Virus record (IMG/VR): IMGVR_UViG_3300021085_002380
Direction: 5' to 3' (one strand)
Source: a virus
DNA length: 64,000 bases
Position numbers and translations under genes: made by a program
Notes under the pieces: generated by a model
Told to the model about the DNA's origin: nothing
The model's database searches: none
Seen by the model: the letters and a program-made list of their open reading frames with translations, nothing else
Part shown: positions 26,968 through 35,499 of the stretch, in pieces
Numbering within the stretch: position 1 is the stretch's first letter
Layout of the letters: each line of letters starts with the position of its first letter

Positions 26968-27253
26968 TTTTAAACAATATATATCAGAAGGTCTTAAGAT
27001 CAAACTCATTAGAGGTAAGACCGAAGACGTATTAAAGATACAAGATTCTAAGGAAAAGTCTTGGGTTGAAGTGCGTGGCAAATCTAACTTTGAAACTAAG
27101 TTTGACCCAAAAGATCCTTTACACAAAGCAATTGCATCTTTACGTAAATCGGTTAATGTATCTGAACTCGTGAATGGAGAGCCTGTAGGCATTAATCCAA
27201 ACCACCCACACGGCAAAAAAGCCCTGGCAGCAATAAAGAAGTTAATGAAATGA
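26960..27253 (+). CDS. Hypothetical protein, CTS-like N-terminus
   Basis: MYSFKQYISE. Confidence 0.65.
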   Translation: MYSFKQYISEGLKIKLIRGKTEDVLKIQDSKEKSWVEVRGKSNFETKFDPKDPLHKAIASLRKSVNVSELVNGEPVGINPNHPHGKKALAAIKKLMK

Positions 27254-27570
27254 AAAACTTTAAATCTTTTTTAGAATCAAAAGACGAATACGATAATGAA
27301 GGTAGTATGGCAAAAGGCCAATTAAAAACCATGATTGATGCAGCGCAACAATTGCATGATATGTTATCTGATGACGAAAACATGCCAGAGTGGGTACAAA
27401 GTAAAATCACTAAAGCTACAGATTATATTGACACTGCAAGAGATTATATGAAGTCTCAAGACGGTGATGAAGCTAGCCAACAAGAAGCGTGTTGGGATAC
27501 TCATAAGCAAGTTGGTATGAAAAAGAAGGGCAATAAGATGGTCCCTAATTGCGTTCCAAAGGAAACATAA
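27250..27570 (+). CDS. Hypothetical protein, CTS-like N-terminus
   Basis: MKNFKSFLE; EGSMAK...PEWVQSKI; CWD...VPNCVP. Confidence 0.7.
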   Translation: MKNFKSFLESKDEYDNEGSMAKGQLKTMIDAAQQLHDMLSDDENMPEWVQSKITKATDYIDTARDYMKSQDGDEASQQEACWDTHKQVGMKKKGNKMVPNCVPKET

Positions 27571-27572
27571 CA

Positions 27573-27800
27573 ATGAAAAGTTTTAAACAGTTTTGCGAAG
27601 GTTCAGAAACATGGGAAGCTGGTTATAAGCGCCGTGTTGTCAAAACTACTAAACCTGAGCATAAAGACGACGGAAAAAATTGGAGAATTAAAGGTAAAGA
27701 TAGACCTGAGATTTCAATTAAACTATATAAAGAAAAGCCATCACAGGCAGAATTTAATAAACAAATGCGCAGAGTCGCAGGTCACGAGTTTGGAGGATAA
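27573..27800 (+). CDS. Hypothetical protein, CTS-like N-terminus
   Basis: MKSFKQFCE. Confidence 0.65.
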   Translation: MKSFKQFCEGSETWEAGYKRRVVKTTKPEHKDDGKNWRIKGKDRPEISIKLYKEKPSQAEFNKQMRRVAGHEFGG

Positions 27801-27803
27801 CTG

Positions 27804-28061
27804 ATGAATAAGGGACCAAAGACAGAACAACATTTAGCAGTTATTGCCGAATGGATGAAATCTGAAAATCGAGAACAAGTTACAATACATAGCAGCAGAA
27901 AACATGGTGCTATTAAATGGTTAGAATATCATCTTGAAGATTACAGATGGAAATTTCAAAAATGGACTGATTTTCATGAACATTCCATATATTTCCAAAC
28001 AGCTCGAGATGCAGCATTATTTAGAACAAGATTTTTAGATAGTAAGGAAGACAGAGTATGA
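27804..28061 (+). CDS. Hypothetical protein
   Basis: GGAGG RBS. Confidence 0.55.
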   Translation: MNKGPKTEQHLAVIAEWMKSENREQVTIHSSRKHGAIKWLEYHLEDYRWKFQKWTDFHEHSIYFQTARDAALFRTRFLDSKEDRV

Positions 28062-28588
28062 AAACCTTTGCAAAGCATAACTTACACGAAGGTATTGCGT
28101 ATCATTTAGAAAACGACATTCCGTTAGCAGAGTGTGTATATAGACCACACAGCAAATCGTTTTACGAATTTTTTATTGAAGCGCGTAAGTTATTCAAAGA
28201 AGGAATCATAAACCCATCTAATTATTTCGATAGAGACCTATTAGAAACAGATATAGGTGAACACGATATTTACGAAGAACGGCGAGTTCCACTTGACATT
28301 CCCATGATGGAGGATGAAAAGGACGTTGAGCTCAACAAGCCACAAAGAGGTGGTCCCAAAAAGTTCTATGTGTATGTGAAAGATGGGGATAAAGTCAAAA
28401 AAGTAACCTTCGGGGATACGTCCGGTTTGGCCGTAAACTTTGATGATAAAGAGGCACGCAAGTCTTTCGCAGCTCGCCACCAATGTCATTTAAAAAACGA
28501 TAAGACTAAAGCTGGGTATTGGTCTTGCCGTTTACCTCGATATGCAAATGAATTAGGATTAAAAAATGGAGGTTCGTTCTTTTGGTAA
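28058..28588 (+). CDS. Hypothetical protein, CTS-like N-terminus
   Basis: MKTFAKHNLHE; KKFYVYV...KVTFGD...RKSFAARHQC...AGYWSC. Confidence 0.7.
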   Translation: MKTFAKHNLHEGIAYHLENDIPLAECVYRPHSKSFYEFFIEARKLFKEGIINPSNYFDRDLLETDIGEHDIYEERRVPLDIPMMEDEKDVELNKPQRGGPKKFYVYVKDGDKVKKVTFGDTSGLAVNFDDKEARKSFAARHQCHLKNDKTKAGYWSCRLPRYANELGLKNGGSFFW

Positions 28589-28857
28589 AACCATATTATG
28601 ATGAACATTTGACAGATAACCAATGGATACGAATATTTAACCCTTATAACACAACCGCTGATGATTATGTTTGGCATAGGGATAAAAACGATAGAGTATT
28701 TACAGTATTAGATGGCGATGGTTGGAAAATACAATTTGATGATGAACTGCCTACTGTTATAAATAAACGTGATACGATAGAAATACCTAAAATGGTTTAT
28801 CACAGGATAATACCTGGAAAAAGCAAATTAAGGATAATAATAAATGAAGACGTTTAA
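28582..28857 (+). CDS. Cupin-like protein
   Basis: WHRD...IPKMVYHRI. Confidence 0.65.
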   Translation: MVKPYYDEHLTDNQWIRIFNPYNTTADDYVWHRDKNDRVFTVLDGDGWKIQFDDELPTVINKRDTIEIPKMVYHRIIPGKSKLRIIINEDV

Positions 28858-29221
28858 ATCACATATGACTGAGCATGAAATGCAGCTTGCGCTCGTGTGG
28901 GAACACATGCATGAAGAAAATATCAACCCCGATGATTTAACCGAAGAAGAGTTAAATGAAATCATTGGTAAGGTGATTGGTGGAGCAGCAAAGCTCGCAG
29001 CCAAAGGTATACGCCGAGGTCTTGTTAATAAACAAGGTAATCTTAGAGTTTCTCGTGCTGGACGTAACGACGCAAGACAAGCAAAAATTGATAATATTGA
29101 AAGAAAGAAAAAAGAATTGAAACGAGCCACAGATACTCGTAAAAAGCTTCAGACTGCTAGAGCCGGTTTAAGAACTGCTCGCAAAGATTTTAGAAAAGCT
29201 AGACAACAAACTAACCCTTAA
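28844..29221 (+). CDS. Basic protein with CTS-like N-terminus
   Basis: MKTFKSHMTE...ELNE followed by an Arg/Lys-rich domain. Confidence 0.65.
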   Translation: MKTFKSHMTEHEMQLALVWEHMHEENINPDDLTEEELNEIIGKVIGGAAKLAAKGIRRGLVNKQGNLRVSRAGRNDARQAKIDNIERKKKELKRATDTRKKLQTARAGLRTARKDFRKARQQTNP

Positions 29222-29242
29222 TTAATAATAGAGGAATAAAAA

Positions 29243-29452
29243 ATGGATTTTGCATCATCATTTAAATCAAAGATCTTAGAAACTTTAGAAGATCTCGAAG
29301 AAAAGAAAATGGATCCGGTTGGACAAGCCGACGATGATATTGATAACGACGGAGACGTTGACGATTCAGACGAGTATCTTCACAAACGCCGCAAAGCTAT
29401 CAAAAAGGCTATGAAAGAAGAACAAGAAGCTCGCTTATCAGAAGATAAATAA
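29243..29452 (+). CDS. Small acidic/basic late protein
   Basis: SFKSKILE; DIDNDGDVDDSDEYLHKRRKAI. Confidence 0.65.
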   Translation: MDFASSFKSKILETLEDLEEKKMDPVGQADDDIDNDGDVDDSDEYLHKRRKAIKKAMKEEQEARLSEDK

Positions 29453-29484
29453 ATCAAGAAACCCAAATAAGGAGATATAAAAAA

Positions 29485-29787
29485 ATGGCACTTTGGGGAA
29501 AAACAGATGCATTGGCTTCCGTACCAAAATGGTTGGAAGATGCTGCGTCAAACACAAACAAATCAAACGATAGAGATAACGCAATCTTTGTTGACCTTAC
29601 AGAGGCTGGAATTGCATCTAACCGTGCAAAAGGCATTACTGGTCCAGGCTGGTGGTTATACCATACAGATGGCGGACGTCACCACGCTGAATGTCTAGTA
29701 CCAATGAAAGTAACCGCGGTTGCTGCTGGTGACTTGGGTGTAACAGGCGACACCGCTGTTGAAGATGCTATCGTAGCTGACTCATAA
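29485..29787 (+). CDS. Putative virion protein
   Basis: MALWGKTD...PGWW; AGGAG RBS. Confidence 0.6.
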   Translation: MALWGKTDALASVPKWLEDAASNTNKSNDRDNAIFVDLTEAGIASNRAKGITGPGWWLYHTDGGRHHAECLVPMKVTAVAAGDLGVTGDTAVEDAIVADS

Positions 29788-29805
29788 AAGTAAAGAAAAT
29801 ATAAT

Positions 29806-30180
29806 ATGAAATTGACAGAATCAACCTTTCTGTTATTTGCATCTAAATATTACGACAATCCTCAATGTTCCGACGTATCAGAATTTGAGGAAGACCTGAA
29901 AAGGTTTCAATATTTACGCAAATTATTTGGAAGATACAGACAAGATAATGAATTAAAAGAAAGGTTGATTCTGAACCACTTGATAATTATCTATAATATG
30001 TTTGGGCCAGAAGCGACACATATGTTATTCATGAAACTTGAAGAATACCATGAATACATTAAGCCGTTTGTTGAATACTTAAACTATATGCCTATAGAAA
30101 TAATGTATGAAGATCGTATAATAGGTAAAGAAAATATTATAGCTGATCCAGTTATAGAAGAAAAACTTAAAGGAATATGA
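29806..30180 (+). CDS. Conserved T4-like hypothetical protein
   Basis: YYDNPQC...EFEEDLKRF...ERLILNH. Confidence 0.75.
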   Translation: MKLTESTFLLFASKYYDNPQCSDVSEFEEDLKRFQYLRKLFGRYRQDNELKERLILNHLIIIYNMFGPEATHMLFMKLEEYHEYIKPFVEYLNYMPIEIMYEDRIIGKENIIADPVIEEKLKGI

Positions 30181-30184
30181 TCTT

Positions 30185-31114
30185 ATGATCGTTGATCTAT
30201 TTTTAGTATACCAATTTATCCGCAGGCTCGCAACTCCTTTTAATAAATGGGAAGCGTTTAAGCTTGGTGTTATTGATAAAGACGGTAAAGTACTAATCAA
30301 ATCAAAAGATTTTACTAAAGCTGCTCAGCGTAAATCATGGGGAGTTTTTGATAGAATGGTAGCCAACCTTAAAAAGTTGTTAGCTAAAGTTCCTGGCGGT
30401 AGTTCTCGATTTGCATCATACGCTGCTGCGTTATTTCTCATTAAAGAATATAAACATTTTACTGATGAAACTACTCTTACAGAAGAATTAACTGATAAAC
30501 AATTAGATGAATCAATACAATTATTTTATAGTAGATATACTCATTATACCACACTTGCAGAAGATGTCAATAGTTTAAACGAAAAGGCTGAACTTTTTTT
30601 AGAAAAGCTAAAAGCATCTGATGATATGGGCGATTGGATTGACGACTTTTACAAATCAGACGCACCACAGTTTAAAGGCAAGTCAAAAGAAAAACGCCGT
30701 AAAATGGCAATTGCTGCTAAGCTTGCAGTTGACGAGTCATTAGAAGAAGCCGCTGTTCCACGTTGGAAACGAGCAGGTACTGATGGCGAAATAGAAGCTA
30801 CTATCGGTGGTAAAAAATACAAAATAGAAAAAGCTTTAGATAGTAACGAACGCCATAAAGGCGAATGGAAAGTTATGGTTTGGGATAAACGTGACTGGGA
30901 GTGGGAGACAACCGAATATGGCAAAGCAAACGCTAAAGCTTGGATCATGGATAGGTTAAAAGAAGATACACCGGTTAATAACGTTGGTGATGGAAATATT
31001 GCAGGAATGGATGGAACTGCAATGTCAAAAGCAGCTCAAAAGAAATGGACATCCAAGAATAAAACTAAAAAGCGTAAAACACTGAGAAATATTATTAATG
31101 GAGAAACCTTATGA
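30185..31114 (+). CDS. Modular T4-like hypothetical protein
   Basis: PFNKWEAFKLGVIDKDG N-domain plus short modules separated by L-x-E. Confidence 0.7.
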   Translation: MIVDLFLVYQFIRRLATPFNKWEAFKLGVIDKDGKVLIKSKDFTKAAQRKSWGVFDRMVANLKKLLAKVPGGSSRFASYAAALFLIKEYKHFTDETTLTEELTDKQLDESIQLFYSRYTHYTTLAEDVNSLNEKAELFLEKLKASDDMGDWIDDFYKSDAPQFKGKSKEKRRKMAIAAKLAVDESLEEAAVPRWKRAGTDGEIEATIGGKKYKIEKALDSNERHKGEWKVMVWDKRDWEWETTEYGKANAKAWIMDRLKEDTPVNNVGDGNIAGMDGTAMSKAAQKKWTSKNKTKKRKTLRNIINGETL

Positions 31115-31968
31115 TTACATTAGAACAATTTAGCGCAATGATCCCAAAAAATAAGGACGCTGAGTCTTGGTACGATGCCGCGGTTCCTATGTTTGAAAAA
31201 TACGAAATTAATACAACAAACCGGTTAGCCGGTTTCATGGCTCAATGCGCGCATGAGTCTTTAGACTTTACAAGACTTGAAGAAAACCTTAACTATTCAG
31301 AAAAAGCGTTAAACGGAGTGTTTGGTCGTTATTTCGGAAAGGGTAAAAGAAATGCTAAAGAATACGCTCGCAAACCTGAAAAAATTGCAAACTATGTTTA
31401 TCAAGATGAATACCGCAGCAAACGAGGCGCTATGGGCAACACCACTGCCGGTGATGGGTGGAGATTTAGGGGCCGTGGCATTAAGCAACTTACAGGTAGA
31501 AACAATTATACAGCGTTTGGAAAGTCAGTCGGAATGTCAGCGGAAGAAGCAGCAGACTACGTTGCAACCGAACGAGGAGCTTTAGAGTCAGCCTGCTGGT
31601 TCTGGGCAACAAATAAACTTGACAAGTGGGCTGATAAAGGCGACATTAAAGGATTGACAAAAAAGATAAATGGTGGTACAATTGGTTTAGAAGATCGTAC
31701 ACGTCGTTGGGAAGAAGCATTAGCTATTCTTGGTGGTAAAGTACCCGCGCCAAAAGCAGCAAAGAAATCTGCACCAGCAAAATCTCGTACTTTACGCAAA
31801 GGTATGAAAGGTGACGATGTCGCTAAAATGCAAAAAGCTTTAGGTATTACAGCGGACGGAGACTTTGGTTTCGGAACGCAAACATCAGTTAAAAAATGGC
31901 AAAAACTTAACGGTTTAGTGGCAGACGGCATTGTAGGCCCAGCAACACAAGCCAAAATGTTTAAATAA
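31111..31968 (+). CDS. Endolysin: GH19 plus C-terminal peptidoglycan-binding domain
   Basis: AQCAHES, FRGRGIKQLTGRNNY, INGG; DGDFG and DGIVGPAT. Confidence 0.93.
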   Translation: MITLEQFSAMIPKNKDAESWYDAAVPMFEKYEINTTNRLAGFMAQCAHESLDFTRLEENLNYSEKALNGVFGRYFGKGKRNAKEYARKPEKIANYVYQDEYRSKRGAMGNTTAGDGWRFRGRGIKQLTGRNNYTAFGKSVGMSAEEAADYVATERGALESACWFWATNKLDKWADKGDIKGLTKKINGGTIGLEDRTRRWEEALAILGGKVPAPKAAKKSAPAKSRTLRKGMKGDDVAKMQKALGITADGDFGFGTQTSVKKWQKLNGLVADGIVGPATQAKMFK

Positions 31969-32004
31969 TAAATAATACACAGTTAACATAACAAGGAGAA
32001 CAAC

Positions 32005-32229
32005 ATGTCTTTAGAAAAGATTGTCCAGGAAGCCGTCGAGGCACGTCCACTTGGTTTGAAAGAAGCGTTTGAAGCAGAAATGGAAAAACGTATTTTAGCA
32101 GCCCTCGAAGAAAAAGCAACAGCTAGCATGATGGAAGCAGCTGCTGATGAAGACGAGGACGAAGATGACGAAGATCAAGACGACGACGAAGATGACGAAG
32201 ATGAAGATGAGGACAAAGAAGAGGACTAA
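32005..32229 (+). CDS. Small protein with long Asp/Glu tail (prohead core-like)
   Basis: C-terminal ~28 residues almost all D/E. Confidence 0.55.
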   Translation: MSLEKIVQEAVEARPLGLKEAFEAEMEKRILAALEEKATASMMEAAADEDEDEDDEDQDDDEDDEDEDEDKEED

Positions 32230-32231
32230 GA

Positions 32232-32681
32232 TTGGCTAGACTCTATCTTATAATCATTATACTAAGTATTTTAGGTGGTGGTGGTTTCGCGGCAAAATCG
32301 TACTTTGATTGGTCGCAGGAAACTATCACCACTTTACGTACTAATAATGTGAAACTTCAGGACGCTGCGGAAACTCTGCAAAACACTGTTGACCAAATGG
32401 TTGCGGATGCAGCACGAAACGAAGAATTGAATAATAACCTAACTAAGCAATTACAACAATCTCAAGCACATCTTGACAAATTGCGCGGCGTATTTGCTAG
32501 AATAGATTTGACTATGGAAGCGCTCACTGACGCGCAAAATTTGGAGGAAAGGGTAAACAATGCAGTTGCAGAACTTATTGGAAAAATTGCCGATGAAACT
32601 GATCCTAATCCTAGTACCGCTGACGATGCTGACAGCGTGCCTGGGCAGGACGCCGGAACCGACGGTAGTAACGCAGACTGA
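32232..32681 (+). CDS. Inner-membrane spanin (Rz-like)
   Basis: N-terminal TM plus coiled coil; overlaps a lipoprotein gene. Confidence 0.75.
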   Translation: MARLYLIIIILSILGGGGFAAKSYFDWSQETITTLRTNNVKLQDAAETLQNTVDQMVADAARNEELNNNLTKQLQQSQAHLDKLRGVFARIDLTMEALTDAQNLEERVNNAVAELIGKIADETDPNPSTADDADSVPGQDAGTDGSNAD

Positions 32682-32937
32682 ATATGTAAGTCAAAATATT
32701 CCAACACAGGAACGGCCTAAAAAGGTGGAGATGCCACCAGTTGAATGGTACGTTGTGACTGAGGAAAATCTTGACCAAAAAATTGAAGAATTAAAAACAT
32801 CAACTGGCAATGTTGTGTTCTTTGCTATTTCTGCAAAAGGATATGAAAATCTTGCAATTGGAATTGGCGATCTTAGACGATACATAAAAGAGCAAAACGC
32901 TATAATTGGCTACTATGAGGGTGCACTTTCTGAATAA
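32593..32937 (+). CDS. Outer-membrane lipoprotein spanin (Rz1-like)
   Basis: MKLILILVPLTMLTAC lipobox, Pro-rich. Confidence 0.75.
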   Translation: MKLILILVPLTMLTACLGRTPEPTVVTQTEYVSQNIPTQERPKKVEMPPVEWYVVTEENLDQKIEELKTSTGNVVFFAISAKGYENLAIGIGDLRRYIKEQNAIIGYYEGALSE

Positions 32938-33067
32938 ATAGTATTGACATAATTAGTTATCAGTGATATATTGAGGGGTACATAGTAATGATGCCCCTTT
33001 TTTACTCTTAATACCGGAGTTCGCCACCCAGCCTCCGTAATCAAAAGGCATAAAAGGAAAAAAGAAA

Positions 33068-33568
33068 TTGGCAAATACAAAGTCAAATTGGGAAACAGAT
33101 ATCGCCCTAATTAAGTCAGATATCAAACAGATACAAAAATTCTTCAACAAAGTTGAGGACTCAATGGACATGATGGTTGACTTGTCCAAAAACGTTGCTG
33201 TGCAAAATGAAGTCTTAGAGTTTACTAAAGAAAAGCTTGACGACGTAGAAAAGCTATGCGAAGAAACAAAACGTACTGACGAATTACGTATGAATGTTTT
33301 AAGTGATAGACTTGAAGAATATAGAAGATCTTCTAGGGCTGACCACGAAAAGCTAGCTAATCACAATGCCGAAAAGCGAGCTACGAGTAATAAAGAAGTA
33401 CTTGAAAAGTTAGAAGCGGTAGAACAATCATTACATATGAGACTGAATGAACAGACTAAAAAAGTAAACGTACTTGAAAATTGGCGTTGGTATTTTATGG
33501 GCATGGGCCTAGTGTTAGCAATAGTTGTTGCGGAAATTAATTGGCCTACATTATTTGGTGGAAATTAA
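33068..33568 (+). CDS. Coiled-coil protein with C-terminal TM (possible holin or lysis accessory)
   Basis: TTG start; LENWRW followed by a hydrophobic helix. Confidence 0.5.
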   Translation: MANTKSNWETDIALIKSDIKQIQKFFNKVEDSMDMMVDLSKNVAVQNEVLEFTKEKLDDVEKLCEETKRTDELRMNVLSDRLEEYRRSSRADHEKLANHNAEKRATSNKEVLEKLEAVEQSLHMRLNEQTKKVNVLENWRWYFMGMGLVLAIVVAEINWPTLFGGN

Positions 33569-33587
33569 TTGGACTACATTATTTGGT
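33532..33587 (+). repeat. 28-bp tandem duplication
   Basis: GGAAATTAATTGG(C/A)CTACATTATTTGGT x2, one mismatch. Confidence 0.9.
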
Positions 33588-33615
33588 TGACATTTGGGCC
33601 TGATCCAATTATAAT
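33587..33615 (+). promoter_or_regulatory. Consensus sigma70 early promoter for primase
   Basis: TTGACA-17-TATAAT. Confidence 0.85.
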
Positions 33616-33649
33616 CTAATATATACAGAATCAGATTGAGCTTTTTATT

Positions 33650-34654
33650 ATGGTAGATTTTACAGAACTAAAGTATGCACAAATGCTATCCGGGCGTTTG
33701 GAAAACTTTAGAATACGTAACACAAATCCTTACAAAATTAACTTTCGGTGCCCAGTTTGTGGGGACTCCCAAAAGTCACGGTCTAAAAGCCGTGGTTGGC
33801 TCCTAGAGTCAAAGAACGTGTTCCATTATTACTGCCACAACTGTGGAGCTAGCCAAGGCTTCTCGTTCTTTTTAAAGAGCATAGACCAATTATTGTATAA
33901 TGATTATGTGGCGGAAAAGTTTATGGCTAATACTGCTGTAAAAGACTCGGAACCTGATGAGAATCAATTTAAGACAAAAGCTCCAGTCTTTAATAAGAAG
34001 AACCCGCTATTAAAAATTAAGAAGATAAGTCAACTTAAATCTGACCATCCTATTAAAAGATATATTGAAAAACGTAAAATACCAACTAAGCATCATTATC
34101 GTTTATACTTTGCAAAAAAGTTTAAGACTTGGATTAATGAAATTATTCCTAATAAATTTGAAAACATAGGTAAAGATGAACCGCGGTTGGTAATACCTTT
34201 CTTAGATCAAAACGGCAATTGCTTTGGTGTATCTGCTCGTGGGTTTGATCCTAAAGGAATTAGATATATAACTATAATGTTTGAAGAAAGACCAAAAATA
34301 TTTGGCCTTGATAAAGTTGACTTTTCACAACCATATTATATTGTCGAAGGCGCTATTGATAGTTTCTTTATTGAAAACGCTATTGCAATGAATGGTGCTG
34401 AAGGCAACGGCAACGCTGCAGGAGACAACGCAATATATGTCTTTGATGCCGAGCCAAGAAACAAAGAAATACACAAAAGAATGGAAAAGGTTATTAAAGC
34501 AGGCTACAAGGTTTGTATATGGCCATCCGACGTCCCAGGTAAAGATATTAACGAAATCTATTTAGCAGGACTTGATCCTGAAAAGTTAATTGAAGATAAT
34601 ACTTATCAAGGATTACAAGCAGAATTGAAACTCAGCGCATGGCGCAAATCATAA
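33650..34654 (+). CDS. 61: DNA primase gp61
   Basis: CPVCGDS...CHNC zinc finger; EGAIDS, FDAE, KDINE. Confidence 0.96.
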   Translation: MVDFTELKYAQMLSGRLENFRIRNTNPYKINFRCPVCGDSQKSRSKSRGWLLESKNVFHYYCHNCGASQGFSFFLKSIDQLLYNDYVAEKFMANTAVKDSEPDENQFKTKAPVFNKKNPLLKIKKISQLKSDHPIKRYIEKRKIPTKHHYRLYFAKKFKTWINEIIPNKFENIGKDEPRLVIPFLDQNGNCFGVSARGFDPKGIRYITIMFEERPKIFGLDKVDFSQPYYIVEGAIDSFFIENAIAMNGAEGNGNAAGDNAIYVFDAEPRNKEIHKRMEKVIKAGYKVCIWPSDVPGKDINEIYLAGLDPEKLIEDNTYQGLQAELKLSAWRKS

Positions 34655-34663
34655 GGATACAAA

Positions 34664-35332
34664 ATGCAAGTTAGATTAATTGGTTATACTCAACCAGCTG
34701 AAGGAGAAATTATTGGGCTCGACGATGTGCAAGATATGATTGCATATTGCGCAAGAGTGTCAAATCCTACTAATCAATTGAACCAAGAAACAGCGCCGAA
34801 GCTATTAAGTTACTTAGCAAAACATGCTCATTGGTCACCATTTGAAATGGCTAATGCAACAATGGAAATTGAAACTACTCGTGATATTGCTCGCCAAATG
34901 TTACGACATCGCTCCTTTGCTTTTCAGGAGTTTAGTCAACGATATGCTGACCCTGCGCTTATGGGTAATCAGTTTGTAACGCGTGAAGCACGTTTACAAG
35001 ATACTAAAAACCGTCAAAATAGTATTGCTAACTCTGACGAACGTTTGCAGATGATGTGGGACTCAAAACAGGGTGAAGTTATTCGTGCGGCGGAAGATGC
35101 ATACAAGTGGGCTATTGAAAATGGTATTGCTAAAGAGCAGGCTCGTGCGGTTTTGCCTGAAGGTAATACTATTAGCCGTTTGTATATGCAAGGCTCTATC
35201 CGATCTTGGATCCATTATATTGAGCTGCGTGCTTCAAATGGAACACAACAAGAACACATGGATATTGCAGCTGAATGTGCAAAAGCCATATCCAAAATAT
35301 TTCCGTTAATTGATACTTATGTTCAAAAATAA
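34664..35332 (+). CDS. thyX: Flavin-dependent thymidylate synthase
   Basis: RHRSFAFQEFSQRY; HWSPFE. Confidence 0.97.
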   Translation: MQVRLIGYTQPAEGEIIGLDDVQDMIAYCARVSNPTNQLNQETAPKLLSYLAKHAHWSPFEMANATMEIETTRDIARQMLRHRSFAFQEFSQRYADPALMGNQFVTREARLQDTKNRQNSIANSDERLQMMWDSKQGEVIRAAEDAYKWAIENGIAKEQARAVLPEGNTISRLYMQGSIRSWIHYIELRASNGTQQEHMDIAAECAKAISKIFPLIDTYVQK

Positions 35333-35394
35333 AAATAAAAAAGTTCAAATATCGCCCAAAAACGGAAACCTAAATGAATAAATATCCCTACAAT

Positions 35395-35441
35395 TTGACA
35401 TCTATAGTTAAAGAATATCCCTTAGCCACAATATATTGATC
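35395..35441 (+). promoter_or_regulatory. NrdR box (35426-35441) plus weaker box on the -35 element
   Basis: CCACAATATATTGATC versus acaCwAtATaTwGtgt; degenerate copy 31 bp upstream. Confidence 0.55.
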
Positions 35442-35499
35442 CGATTAAGTCGGGAGGTATATCTTTGGCTTTATCACAAACACATAAGAAAGAGGACCG

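Noticed and set aside
32146-32226. GAC/GAA/GAT low-complexity repeat
   Set aside because: Encodes an Asp/Glu tail; not a CRISPR or DNA-level repeat. No CRISPR array was seen anywhere.
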